A DNA stretch of 64,000 bases from an uncultured Gemmatimonadales bacterium (GCA_963823035.1 CAWGKG010000004.1:256001-320000), one strand, 5' to 3'; numbered from the stretch's first letter, positions 1 through 10,818 are shown. Notes: generated from the letters alone by a model not told the origin. Program-made: numbers and translations.

Positions 1-491
1 AGGGCGCGCGCGCGCCCCAGGAGGCGCGGCAGGACGACGGCCGCGAAGGGTGGGAGGACGCCGAGTCGGATCTCGGGCTGGCCCAGGCGCGCCCCTTCGG
101 TCGCGAGCAGGACGTCGCAGGCGAGCGCGAGCTCCATCCCACCCCCGAGCGCGGCCCCGTTGATGGCGGCGACCACCGGGAGCTCGAGGGCCATCAGCCG
201 TTCGAGCATGCGATGGAACAGCGCGATCATCTCGTCGACGCGCTCGGGGGTATGGTCGGCGACGTCCACACCGGCGCAGAACGCCTTCCCCCGCCCGGTG
301 ATCAGGAGCACGGTGGCGCCGGCGTCCGAGCCCACGCGCACGAGCGCTTCGTCGAGGGCGCGCAGCATCGCGAGGTCGAGGACGTTCAGCGGGGGGCGGT
401 CGAGATCGATCCGGCGAAGGCCGCCTTCCGCCGTGAGGTGCACGCCCGGGAGGCCGGGGATCGTGTCGAGCGAGCCGTCGGGCTGTTGCAT
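1..491 (-). CDS. Enoyl-CoA hydratase/crotonase family protein, Dch (cyclohexadienoyl-CoA hydratase)-like; 3' end runs off the window
   Basis: Not in the ORF track; read manually from ATG at 491: MQQPDG...LDRPPLNVLD...KAFCAGVDVADHTPERVDEMI...AAINGAALGGGMELALACD...LGQPEIRLGVLPP. Crotonase motifs FCAGxD, GxAxGGGxE and QPE are present. Confidence 0.85.
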   Translation of the reverse strand, partial: MQQPDGSLDTIPGLPGVHLTAEGGLRRIDLDRPPLNVLDLAMLRALDEALVRVGSDAGATVLLITGRGKAFCAGVDVADHTPERVDEMIALFHRMLERLMALELPVVAAINGAALGGGMELALACDVLLATEGARLGQPEIRLGVLPPFAAVVLPRLLGRARA

Positions 492-599
492 GGTGTCCCT
501 CCCGAAGCCGCCGGAGGAGGTCCGGAGGCGAGCGTACGGTCGCGGTGGGAGGGTACCGCGGTGAAATGCGTCGGCTGGAGCGTGGACCCGATCAGGCCA

Positions 600-1457
600 T
601 CAGTCCGCTCCTCCCGCCCACGCCAGCGCCGGCTCCTGCTCGAGGATCGCCGCCACGTATCGGTCGGCGCGGTCCTGCAAGAGGTCGTGGAGCTTCCCGA
701 GCAGCTCCGCGGCGGTCTCCCCCGGCCATTCGTCCGGGAGGAGGGCCTTCGGGAGGTAGGGGTCCTCGAGCGGGAAGCTCCGGAACTCGTGGATGAGGTT
801 GAACCGGCGTACGTAGCATCCCTCATCCGTCAGGGTACGGTCCGCCAGACCCGCCCGGATGACCTCGAGACCCGGCGTCCACAGCCGGAGGAAGGCATGG
901 TAGCGCGCCGCCAGTCCACCGAGGTCCCAGCAGCGACCCACGAGATCGAAGTGGTCCGTGTCTCCGAGGTGCTGGGCGCGGAAGCAGACGAGATGCTCGC
1001 GGATGCCCATCTCCTCGGCCATCTCGGACACCCGGTCACCCACGTCGTGCGGGGAGATCCAGATCCCGTTGCCCAGCGAGCCGAAGCCCAGCCATGCGAG
1101 GCGCACGCGCAGCCGATCGCGCAGGTGGCGCACGTCCTCGGGGATGGAGTAGGAGAGGAGGTACCACTGACCGTCCCACGCCTCGTCCCACGAAGGGTGG
1201 AAGATCCGTTCGTGCCCTTCCGAGAGCAGCTTGCGCCCGCGCGCCGTGAGGTCGTAGTAGGCGTGGCGGCCATGGCGGCGCCGTCTCAGCCAGCGCTTGC
1301 GGGTCATGCGGGAGAGGACCGTGCGCACCGCCCCCTCCGACAGCCCGAAGGGTCGCAGGAGCGCGATCAGCGTTCCTACCCACACCGGACGGCGCAGGTT
1401 CTGGAGATACTCTCCGTAGAGCGTGAAGACGAGGTCCTGCGGGCGCTTTGTGATCAT
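600..1457 (-). CDS. paaX: PaaX-family transcriptional regulator
   Basis: 285 aa. N-terminal wHTH (FTLYGEY...SEGAVRTVLSRM) plus PaaX C-terminal motifs WDGQW, LGFGSL, WDL and DPYLPKALLPDEWPG. Confidence 0.9.
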   Translation of the reverse strand: MITKRPQDLVFTLYGEYLQNLRRPVWVGTLIALLRPFGLSEGAVRTVLSRMTRKRWLRRRRHGRHAYYDLTARGRKLLSEGHERIFHPSWDEAWDGQWYLLSYSIPEDVRHLRDRLRVRLAWLGFGSLGNGIWISPHDVGDRVSEMAEEMGIREHLVCFRAQHLGDTDHFDLVGRCWDLGGLAARYHAFLRLWTPGLEVIRAGLADRTLTDEGCYVRRFNLIHEFRSFPLEDPYLPKALLPDEWPGETAAELLGKLHDLLQDRADRYVAAILEQEPALAWAGGAD

Positions 1458-1468
1458 ATGTCAGTTCG

Positions 1469-1509
1469 GGTACGATCGTAGATTAGTTGCTACAATCGTA
1501 CCTGCGCAA
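1469..1509 (-). promoter_or_regulatory. Putative sigma70 promoter of paaX overlapped by a 13-bp inverted repeat (candidate operator)
   Basis: GGTACGATCGTAG-N8-CTACAATCGTACC at 1469-1502 (12/13 arm match). The minus strand reads TTGCGC-N18-TAATCT. Confidence 0.6.
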
Positions 1510-1538
1510 GGACCTTGGCCGCGCTCGTGGTGGACGGC

Positions 1539-2995
1539 TCAGTCGTGGCGCGCGAACCGCTCCAGGATCCAATCCGTGACGGCGTCGAGAGCGGCCGGAT
1601 CCATCGTCTCCTCGATGGTCGCGTACTCGCTCGGGGAGCCTGTCGACGACTTCTGGAAGAGGTGGTTCAACCCCGGGAGGAGTCGAGCGGTGGCGTCCGG
1701 GTTGCCGCCGCGCGCGAAGGCCGCCTCCACCTCCCGCAGATCGGCCTCGGCGGGGACCTGGAGGTCGTTGCCGCCGTTGAGCGCGAGGATCGGCACGCGC
1801 ACCCGCTCGAGGGCGGGCCGCGGGTCGTACGTCAGGAAGAAGCGGAACCACGGTGAGTTCACCTGGCGCACCTGCGCCTCGACGGCCTCGGGAGAGCCCG
1901 CTTGCGCCCGTTGGGCCTCGCGGCAGCGCCGCGATCGTCTCCTCCAGCGCCGCACGGAGCTTCACGGCCGCCGCCGCGGTGTCCGTCTCGGTGCGCACGA
2001 TCCCGAAGAGCTTTCTCTGCGCCTCCGCGTTGGTGCGGATCGCCGACTCGGAGGCTCCCTCGGCCCGTGCGATGAGCTCCCCCTGGAGGATGACGATCTC
2101 CTCGCCGGTCAGGCCCGGGCCGGCGAGCATCACCACGTAGTCGACGTCGTCCGAGCGCACCGCCGCCATCGGCCCGATCAGCCCACCCTCCGAGTGGCCG
2201 ACGACCCCGACCGCGCCGATGTCCGCTCGGGCCTTCAGGAACGCGACAGCGGCGAGCGCGTCCGAGGTGAAGTCCTCGGAGGTAGCGGACGCGAAGTTGC
2301 CCGTGGACCCGCCGATGCCGCGGTCGTCGTAGCGGAGCACGGCGATCCCCGCGCGCGTCAGGTGGTCCGACAGGACGAGGAAGGGCTTGTGCCCGAACAC
2401 CGTCTCGTCGCGGTCCTGCGGGACCCGACCCGCTCACGAGGACGGCGGCGGGGAAGGGCCCCGCGCCCCGGGGCAGGGTGAGCGTGCCGGCGAGCGTGAC
2501 GCCGGGCGCGCTCTGCACCGCTACCTCCTCGGTGTCGTACGGGAGCGGCGGTTTCGGGTTCTGCGGGCGATTCGGCGGTGTCGCGGCCGCCCCGGGATCG
2601 TCGCTTTGCCGGGTGAGGTCGAGCGGCAGCTGCGCGCCACCCTGCATGAACGTGCCGCTCATGCCGGCGCCGTCGGGACTCAGCCGCGCGGTGTACGTCA
2701 CTCCGAGGTTCGCCACCGCGAAGCGGAGCTCACCGTCCGAGGCCGAGACCTCACTCGCGGGAATCCCGTTCGCTCCCTGATCCGGCGAGTCCAACGTGCC
2801 CGACATGCCGCCGTCGTCGGCACGGTGCACGTGGAGCACCAATCTCAGGCGGCTCTGCCCGGTGTCGAGCACGCCCTCCCACGTTCCGACGAACGCCTCC
2901 GCGCCGGCCTGCTGGGCCTCAGCGCCACGGGAAACGGAAAGGCCGCCCACGAGGGCGGCGGTGCTCAGCAGGACGGTGGCCTTGGACGGGCGCAC
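1539..2995 (-). CDS. Secreted alpha/beta-fold serine hydrolase (two apparent frameshifts)
   Basis: Signal peptide, LAGTLTLP, VLVSGSG, RYDDRG, nucleophile GHSEGG, acid NDLQV and LNHLF, spread over ORFs 1859-2995, 1483-2400 and 1539-1955. Confidence 0.85.
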
Positions 2996-3085
2996 GGAGA
3001 CCTCTCGCGATCGGGTTCTGGACGGCTCTGGTTCGTCGGGAGGGCCGCGACGACCTCCATGGTACGGGTCGGACGCGGGACTTGT

Positions 3086-5720
3086 TCAGCCCGGTCCGAG
3101 GCCGCTCGCGTCGTCCAGCTCGGGAACGTCCACCTGCACGCGGCCCGTCAGCGCCTGCCGCACACGGTTCAGCAGCTCCACGATCTCGAACGGCTTGGGA
3201 ATGAACCCGACGCCTTCGCGGGCGATCCGCTCCGCCATGGGGTGCTCGGCGGTGTAGCCCGACATGAAGAGGATGGGTGTGGACGGCCGGACGCGATCCA
3301 CGTGGTCGGCCAGCTCGGGCCCACTCACGTTCGGCATGACCACGTCCGTCAGGACGAGGTCGATGTGGCCGCGATGGCTGTGCAGGTGGTCGATCCCTTC
3401 CTGGCCGTCGCGGCCGACCAGCACGTGGTAGCCGGCGGCCTCGAGCGTCCGCTGCACGGCGCGGCGGACGGCCGCGTTGTCCTCGACCAGGAGGATGGTC
3501 TCCCCCTCACCGGGGGAGGGGTCGAGGAGACGCTCGACCTCGTCCTCCGGGGGGCCTTCGAAGACCGCGGGCAGCCACACGTCGAAGCGCGTGCCCTCGC
3601 CGAGCTGGCTCTCCACGACGATGCGCCCGCCCGCGCCGGTCACGATGGCGTACGCCGTGGACAGACCCAGCCCCGTGCCGTGACCCGGCGCCTTGGTGGT
3701 GAAGAACGGCTCGAAGACGCTCGCCCGTGTCGACGCGTCCATCCCCACCCCGTCGTCCTCGACGCTCAGCACGATCCACGCTCCCGCGTCGTCGCTCTCG
3801 ACGGCTTCCCCCTCTCGCACGGGCCGCCGTGACCAGACGGGAGGTCACGACGATACGGCCTCCGGAAGGGAGGGCGTCCCTGGCGTTCACCGCCAGGTTC
3901 ATGAGCACCTGCTCGAGCTGGCTGCCGTCGATGCGCGCGAAGGGGACCGACGGGTCGAGGTTCGCCTCGAGGCGCACGTCCTCGCCGATGAGGCGGGACA
4001 GCATGGTCTCCACGCCGCGGATCACGTCGTTGGCGCGCACGAGGCTCGGCTCGGCCTGCCGCCCCCGGCTGAACGAGAGGAGCTGCCGGGTCAGGCGTTG
4101 GGCGCCCTCCGTGGCGCGCACGATCTCCTTGATGCTCGCGTGCCCCGCATGCGATTCCTCCAGCTCGGAGGCGGTGAGCTCGGCGTTCACGCGGATCACG
4201 GTGAGAACGTTGTTGAAGTCGTGGGCGAGCCCACCCGCGAGACGCCCGACCGCCTCCATCTTCTGGGTGATGTTGAGCTGCTCCTCGAGCCGCCTCCGCT
4301 CCGTGACGTCCTCCACCATGATCTCGAACGCGCGCTGCGATCCCGCGGCCGGCACCACCTTTCCGTGCAGGCGCACGGTCACCGGTGTGCCGTCCTTGCG
4401 CAGCCAGTCGAGCTCGAGCCCGTCCACGAGGTCGCCGTCGCGGTATGCCTCCACGAGGGTCGAGCGCTGCGACGGATCGCGGTAGAGCGCTTCGGGACCG
4501 GTGTCGATCAGCTCCTCGGCACTCTCGTAGCCCATGAGCGAGGCGAAGGCGGGATTGACCTCGAGGAAGGAGCCGTCCTCCGTGGAGACGTAGATGCCGA
4601 GCACCGCGTTCTCGACCATCGAGCGGAACCGCTCCTTGGCGCGGCGCTCCTCCCGCTCGGCGCGGAACCGCGCGAGCAGCGTGCGATTGAAGCGTTGCCC
4701 GAGCTCGGCGATCTCGACGGGCGAGCCGCGCGGAATGGCGATGCTGCGGACGTCTCCCGCGGACTCCGTGGACCGCACGAGGTGCGCCAGGGAGCTCGTG
4801 ATGCGAGACTGCACCAGGAAGGCGAGCACAGCGACCAGGAGGAGGGTGAGGGCGCCCAGGATGATCCGGTCGCGGACATTCCGCATGGCCGGCGCGAGCA
4901 CCTCCTCGGTGGGGATGCCGCCATGGACCGTCCACCCGAACTCGGGAATCTGGACGGACGCCCACGCGCGCAGCGTGCCCTCCACGTCCACGGCCTCCGT
5001 GCCGATGTAGCCCGGCGCGATGTCCTCGCGGTCCGCGGTCTCCGGCGGGAGGTATCTTCCCACCCAGCGGCCGGGTCGCGCGAGCGCGCCACGATCCTCC
5101 GCTCGGCGTTCGAGATCGTGACGAGGTCCCCCGGGCCGAGCACGACGCCGGCGAGCAGCTCCTGGAAGCGCAGGAGGGGCATGCTCGCCGCGAGCACCGC
5201 GGCGACCGTGCCGTCGTCGGCGCGTACCGGCACGGCCACGGCGACGACCCATTCCTTCGTGATCTGACCGACCACCGGCGACCCCACCGCGAAGTCGCCG
5301 CCTGCGAGAGCCCGTTGGAACCACTCGCGTCCGGAGACGTCCACGACCACCGAGTCCGGAGGCGCCTCGGTGGAGCAGACCAGCCGACCCGACGGATCCG
5401 CGACCATGATGTTGGCGAGGAAGGTGAGGGTCGCCTGGATGTTGCCGACCGGCGTCGCGCACGTCGCGGGTCCGAGGAGCGCGTCCCGCGAGCCTTCGGC
5501 CGTGGCCGCGAGCGCGTCGTGGGTCGACCGACAGGAGCGCCCGCGTGCTCGTCGCCGTCGCGTCCGCCAGTGTGTGGGCGCGAAGCTGACCCTGGTCGAA
5601 GGAGAGCCGGTACTCGTGCAGGCTGGCGTGGATGAGCAGTCCGATGAGGGGCAGCGCGGTCACGCCGACCAGCATCAGGAGGTACGTCCGGATGGACAGT
5701 GCTCTGTGGAAGCGCGCCAT
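3086..5720 (-). CDS. Hybrid sensor histidine kinase (TM-Cache-like-TM-PAS-HisKA-HATPase-REC), frameshifted
   Basis: H-box LAGGLAHDFNN, N-box QVLMNLAVNARDA, DDGVGM, FEPFFTTK and GTGLGL. REC motifs LLVEDN, LTDVVMP and FIPKPF. The periplasmic Cache-like segment is in ORF 4508-5407. Confidence 0.9.
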
Positions 5721-5731
5721 CCGCGTCGGCT

Positions 5732-6396
5732 TCAGAAGGTCTCCAGCGTGTGGAAGACCTCGGTCCCGTCCTTGAACCAGTGCTCACGGAACGGGAAGGC
5801 GGCGAGCTCGGAGGGGAGAAGCTCCTTCGTGAGTGGATGGGGGAAGAGGGTCATGCTTCCCCGCTCGTTCTCGTGCACGGTGTAGCGGCCGGAGATCTGC
5901 ACGGTCGTGCGGAAGCGTCGGTCGCCGCAGGCCGCGAAGCCCTGGAGGAGGTGACTCGTCGACTCCCACGGCGCCCTGCGTCACGCTGAAGTCGACGATC
6001 GGCTTTCCGCCACCCCAGGCGCGCACCCGGAGGCGATCACCCGTCTCGATGAACTGGGCGTCGATGTCCTCGTCGAGATAGGGGAAGTGCAGGCGCTCCC
6101 GTCGGTTCAGGCGCGCCTGCCGCGAGCTCGTGGCTGCCAGGAACGGATAGAAGCCGGCCTTGGCGTGCTGTCCCCATTCGGCCACCATGGGCGGCACGAT
6201 CACCGAGAACATGAGCTCCGTGTACGGACCCACCTCGCTCTCCTCGAAGAGGAAGGCGGTCACGGAGAGCACGCTGCGCTGGTGGCGGACCTCGATCGGT
6301 TGGAGATACGCGGGTATGACATGGACGGCGTCGACCGTCGCCATCTCGAAGAAGGCGCTGACCCCCGTCCGGAACGAGTATCTGCTCTACCGACAT
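5732..6396 (-). CDS. Acetoacetate-decarboxylase (ADC)-fold protein, frameshifted
   Basis: IPAYLQP...SEVGPYTELMFSVIVP...RRERLHFPY resembles the ADC-like superfamily. The C-terminus in another frame ends FREHWFKDGTEVFHTLETF* (TGA 5732-5734). The start overlaps the upstream stop. Confidence 0.6.
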
Positions 6397-7754
6397 ACTC
6401 CGTACCTCTTGAGGACGCCGATGATGATGTCGGCTCCCCTCTCCAACTCCTCTTCGGAATGCGCCGCCGAGATCGACATGCGGAAGCGCGACTTGTGCTT
6501 CCCCACCGCGGGATACTTCACCGGGTTGATGAAGACCCCCTCTCTGAAGATCTCCTCGCCGATCTGGAAAACGCGAGCATCATCGCGCACCATGATCGGA
6601 ATCACCTGGGAGGTGGAGTCGCCGATGGGCACGCCGCCGTCGGCGAGCTTCTTCTGCATGAACGCCACGTTGTGCCAGAGCTTGCGACGCAGCTCCGGCT
6701 CGTTGCTGGCCAGCTCGAGCGCCTTGCGCAGCCCGGCCACGACGACCGGCGACAGGGCGCACGAGAAGAAGCGCGAGCGGGAGAAGCCCCTCAGGTAGTT
6801 GATGAGCTGGCTCGAACCCGCGATGTACCCGCCCTGTCCGCCCAGGCTCTTCGAGAACGTCCCGAGGTGGATGTCCACCTCGTCCTCCATCCCCTGGTCC
6901 TCCACCACGCCGCGGCCGTTCTCGCCGTAGACGAAGGCCGAGTGGGCCTCGTCGATCATCAGGCGGGCGCCATGCCTCCGGCAGACCTCGACCAGGTCGC
7001 GCCAGCGGGGGCACGTCGCCGTCCATCGAGTAGACGCCCTCGACGATGACGAGCTTCTTCCCCTCGAACCCGGACAGCTTGCGATCGAGGTCGTCCGGGC
7101 GGTTGTGGCGGAAGAACCGTGAGGTCGCCTTCGAGAGGATCATGCCGTCCACGATGCTGGCGTGGGCGTACTGATCGGCCACGACCAGGTCACCGGAGCG
7201 CATCAGCCCGGCGATGGTCCCCACGTTGGCGCTGTAGCCGGTGGGGAAGATCAGCGCCGCCTCCTTGGCCTTGAAGGCGGCCACTTCCTCGGCGAGGCGA
7301 CGATGCAGCTGCGGTCGTGCCGCTGAGGATGGGCGAGCCCGACGAGCCGCCGCCGTAGATGTCGGCCGCCGCCTTGATGGCCTCCTTCACCTCCGGACGG
7401 TAGGACAGCCCCAGGTAGTTGTAGGACGCGAAGTTCACGAGGCCCCTGCGGACCTCGTGGGTCTTCGTGTCCTCGACGTCCACCCGCGTCGCGGGGCGCC
7501 GTGTGCAGCGGCAGCTCGTACAGGTAGTAGCCGGCGGGCTTCACCTCGGACCACCAGTCGTCGAACGGCTGGAGGAGGGCGAAGGCGTCGTCGCCGGCGC
7601 CGAAGTAGAAATTCGTGTAGTCGTACTCCATCGCCCCGGGTGGCGTCGGCGGCGCCTCCGGCATCGATGCACCGACCGCGCCGTCGGAGGTGATTCGCTT
7701 CGGGGGCTTCGGGGTCTCCACTTCGGTGGAGGTACCGCGTCGCTTTTCGGACAT
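6387..7754 (-). CDS. PLP-dependent alpha-oxoamine synthase (serine palmitoyltransferase/BioF family), frameshifted
   Basis: NFASYNYLGL, FPTGYSAN, HASIVDG, EGVYSMDGD, DEAHS and the PLP lysine motif GTFSKSLG, across four ORF pieces. Confidence 0.9.
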
Positions 7755-7831
7755 GGAGGTCGACCCGTAGAGTGATGGAGTTGGCCAACCCTCAATCTCC
7801 CGAAAACAGGTGGGAGATTCAAGGAGAACCG

Positions 7832-8881
7832 ATGCACGCATGGGCAGAGCTCAGCGCGACGTGGAGCCCGCCCGGGGATTGGACGCGCGTCCGTGTCGTG
7901 GACGCGCACACGGCGGGCGAGCCCCTGCGCGTGATCCTCTCCGGCTTTCCGAGACCCGCCGGCGCCACGGTGTCGAAGCAGCGGGTCGAGGCCCGCGCCC
8001 GTCACGACGCGCTGCGGAGGGCGCTCATGTGGGAGCCTCGCGGACACGCGGACATGTACGGCTGCCTCGTCGGGCCGCCGGTGACCCCCGGAGCCGACTT
8101 CGGCGTCCTCTTCATGCACAACGAGGGGTTCAGCACGATGTGCGGCCACGGCATCATCGGCGTGGTGACCGTGGTGCTGGAGATGGGGCTGCTGCAGCGG
8201 CCGGCCGGCGAGGAAGCGCACGTCGGCATCGATACGCCCGCCGGCTTCGTGGAGGCCCGCGCCACCCTGGCGGGCGGGCGGGTGCGCTCGGTGGCCTTCG
8301 TGAACGTGCCCTCGTTCGTCGCTGCGCGGGACCTCGTGGCGGACGTGCCGGGCGTGGGGCGGGTGCGCTACGACGTCGCCTTCGGCGGTGCCTTCTACGC
8401 CTTCGTGGAAGCCGAGGACGTGGGGCTCCGCCTCGTCCCGGACGAGTACGGCCGCCTGATCTCGATGGGGAGGGCGATCAAGCGTGCCGCGGTGGCGGCG
8501 GGCGAGCCGACCCACCCCGACGACCCCGACCTCGGCTTCCTCTACGGGACGATCTTCGTAGGACCGGCCCACGCTGCCGGAGGGCACAGCCGCAACGTCT
8601 GCGTCTTCGCGGACGGAGAGGTGGACCGCAGTCCCACGGGGACGGGGGTGAGCGCGCGGCTCGCGCTCCACCACGCCCGCGGAGAGCTGTCGGAGGGTGA
8701 GGAGATCCGGGTGGAGAGCATCCTGGGCACGTCCTTCACGGGACGCGTCCTGCGCACCACCACCGTCGGACCCTACGCGGCCGTGGTTCCGGAGGTGGGC
8801 GGCTCGGCGTCCATCACGGGCCGGGGGGAACTCCTCCTGGCGCCCGACGATCCGCTCCGCGAGGGCTTCCTCCTCCGCTGA
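7832..8881 (+). CDS. Proline racemase family enzyme, probable trans-3-hydroxy-L-proline dehydratase
   Basis: DAHTAGEP, EPRGHADMYG, MCGHG (Cys) and DRSPTGTG (Thr). RBS AGGAGA precedes ATG 7832. Confidence 0.85.
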   Translation: MHAWAELSATWSPPGDWTRVRVVDAHTAGEPLRVILSGFPRPAGATVSKQRVEARARHDALRRALMWEPRGHADMYGCLVGPPVTPGADFGVLFMHNEGFSTMCGHGIIGVVTVVLEMGLLQRPAGEEAHVGIDTPAGFVEARATLAGGRVRSVAFVNVPSFVAARDLVADVPGVGRVRYDVAFGGAFYAFVEAEDVGLRLVPDEYGRLISMGRAIKRAAVAAGEPTHPDDPDLGFLYGTIFVGPAHAAGGHSRNVCVFADGEVDRSPTGTGVSARLALHHARGELSEGEEIRVESILGTSFTGRVLRTTTVGPYAAVVPEVGGSASITGRGELLLAPDDPLREGFLLR

Positions 8882-8887
8882 GGGATC

Positions 8888-10766
8888 TCAGCGCCCGCGA
8901 TCGGGCGCGCGGGCCCAACGCAGCTCGCCGGTCGGGTCGGCGGCGCGCAGGTGGAAGCCCCACCCGCCGTCGAGATCGGCCACCTCGAGGAGGACGCGGT
9001 TCCACCCGGCCTTCAGGTGGACCGGCACCGCCAGGTCGTCCGGTCGGGAGACGTTGCGTCCCTGCCGCGTCGACACCGCCCGCCCGTTCATCCACAGCGT
9101 GTGGGCGTCGTCGGCGCCGAGCAGGAGGACGGCGTCGCGTTCGGTGGGGGCGTACAGGAACGCCCGCGCGTACGCGGCGACCCAGTCGTTCGGGTCGAAG
9201 AGGGCGTTGAGGCGGACGTAGCCGTCGTCGCCGGCGTCGGCGTCCTTCCACGCGATCGTGCCACCTTGCGGGAGCGCGTACGCGGCCGCCTCGGGATCGT
9301 GCTCCGGCTCGTGCTCCTCGTCCAGGGCGGGGCTGTGCTCGGTGCCCAGGCGCTGCGCGTTCGGGAAGGGCCCGACCACCCTCCAGGCGCGGGCGAAGTC
9401 CCGGACGGGGCGTGCCTCCGCGGCGGCCGGGAGCGGGGGCGGGTCGCCGCCCTCGCGCGCATAGGCGATCCGCACGGCCTCGGAGCCCCGGACCGTGTCG
9501 AGCACGACCGGGGGGAGGACCGTGGCGGCCTCCTCGGCCGACAGCGCCACGTCCACCGGGTGGCCGCCCTCCACGCGGGCGACGGCGGGCCGCTCGTCGG
9601 GGCCGCCCGTCGGGTAGAGGAGGATCTCGTAGCGGTCGGGACGGGGCAGCAGTACGCGGAGGCTGCGACCCCCGTCGCCGTCGCCGGCGTCGAGCGCGGG
9701 GGGCGTGGTCGCCCCCGGGGGGATCTTCTGCCCGAGGACCCGGCGCGCGTCCGGCGGGGGCAGCTCGGGGAGCGGACGGTGCGGCTCGGTCTGGTACCAG
9801 TACGCCGTGGTGGCGTAGTCGGCCACCTCGGTGTTCGCGTGTCCGTGCTCGAGCTCGATGCGGATCGAGTCGTGGAAGGGGACGGGGTCCGGGAGATGCC
9901 AGCGGTAGGCCGCGATGCGGCCCCGAGCGTCGTCCTTCACCACCAGTCCGTGGTACGGCGCGGCGTACTCACCCTGATCGAAGTACCACCCCGAGTTGAA
10001 GTAGTCCTCCGTTCCGGTGCCTTGCCCGCGGAAAGCGCCGTCCACGTGGAAGATCTCGTCGCCCTCGAGGAAGCCGAGCGACCCGTCGTGGGACTCGGCC
10101 TGGAGGTTCATCCCGACGAAGTGCCCCGCGCCCGTGGCCGCCAGGACGAGGTGCGGCGTGGCGGCCGTGGTGCGCGGGTCGCGGTTCCAGGCGGCGTGGA
10201 AGGTGGCGAGGGGGACCGGGAGGGAGTCCACGAGCTCCACGTCGGCGTTGAAGTAGAAGGCGTCCACGGCCTGGCCCGTGCCGTTGCGCGCCACGATGCG
10301 CGCGTGCCGGGCGAAGGGAAGGGGAAGGTAGGCGTAGAAGCCCCCGCTGGAGACGCCCATCGGGAGCGCGGCGTAGTGGCGCCGATCGAAGGCGTTGCCG
10401 AAGAAGTCGCCGAGGGGGACGCGCACGGACGGGTCGGCCTCGTCGTCCCAGTACATCTCCAGGGCGATGCGGCGGAGGTAGTGCGGGTCGTCGCTCGCCA
10501 CGGTGAGCCAGAGCCTGCGCACCACGCCCGGGCCGTCGAGGTCGAGGAGGACCGCCGAGTCCCCCGGGGCGATCTCGTAGCGGTCGCGATTGCCGCCCGT
10601 CGTGTCGTACGAAGAGACGTGCACGAAGCGCGACGTGGGCGAGGTGAAGAGGCGCCGGAGCGGGTCGGGGACGGCCTGTCCGGAGGCGGGTGCCTGCGCC
10701 GATGGCCAGGAGCGCGGCGACGAGCCCGGCGAGGGCGAGGGGTGCGGTGCGGTCGAGGGGGCGCAT
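8888..10766 (-). CDS. DUF2961/GH172 glycoside hydrolase with C-terminal beta-sandwich domain; frameshift after the signal peptide
   Basis: SSYDTTGGNRD, GPGVVRRLWLT, YWDDE.PSV.VPLGDFF, LEGDE, GTGTEDYFN.GWYF and YRWHLPDP. Confidence 0.85.
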
Positions 10767-10818
10767 GCCGGAGAGTATGGATCCGGCCGGCGTCCTGCGC
10801 GAATGCGGCGCCGCGGAG

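Noticed and set aside
6387..7754. Assigning the symbol bioF, spt or cqsA
   Set aside because: The family is clear, but substrate specificity cannot be fixed from motifs alone.
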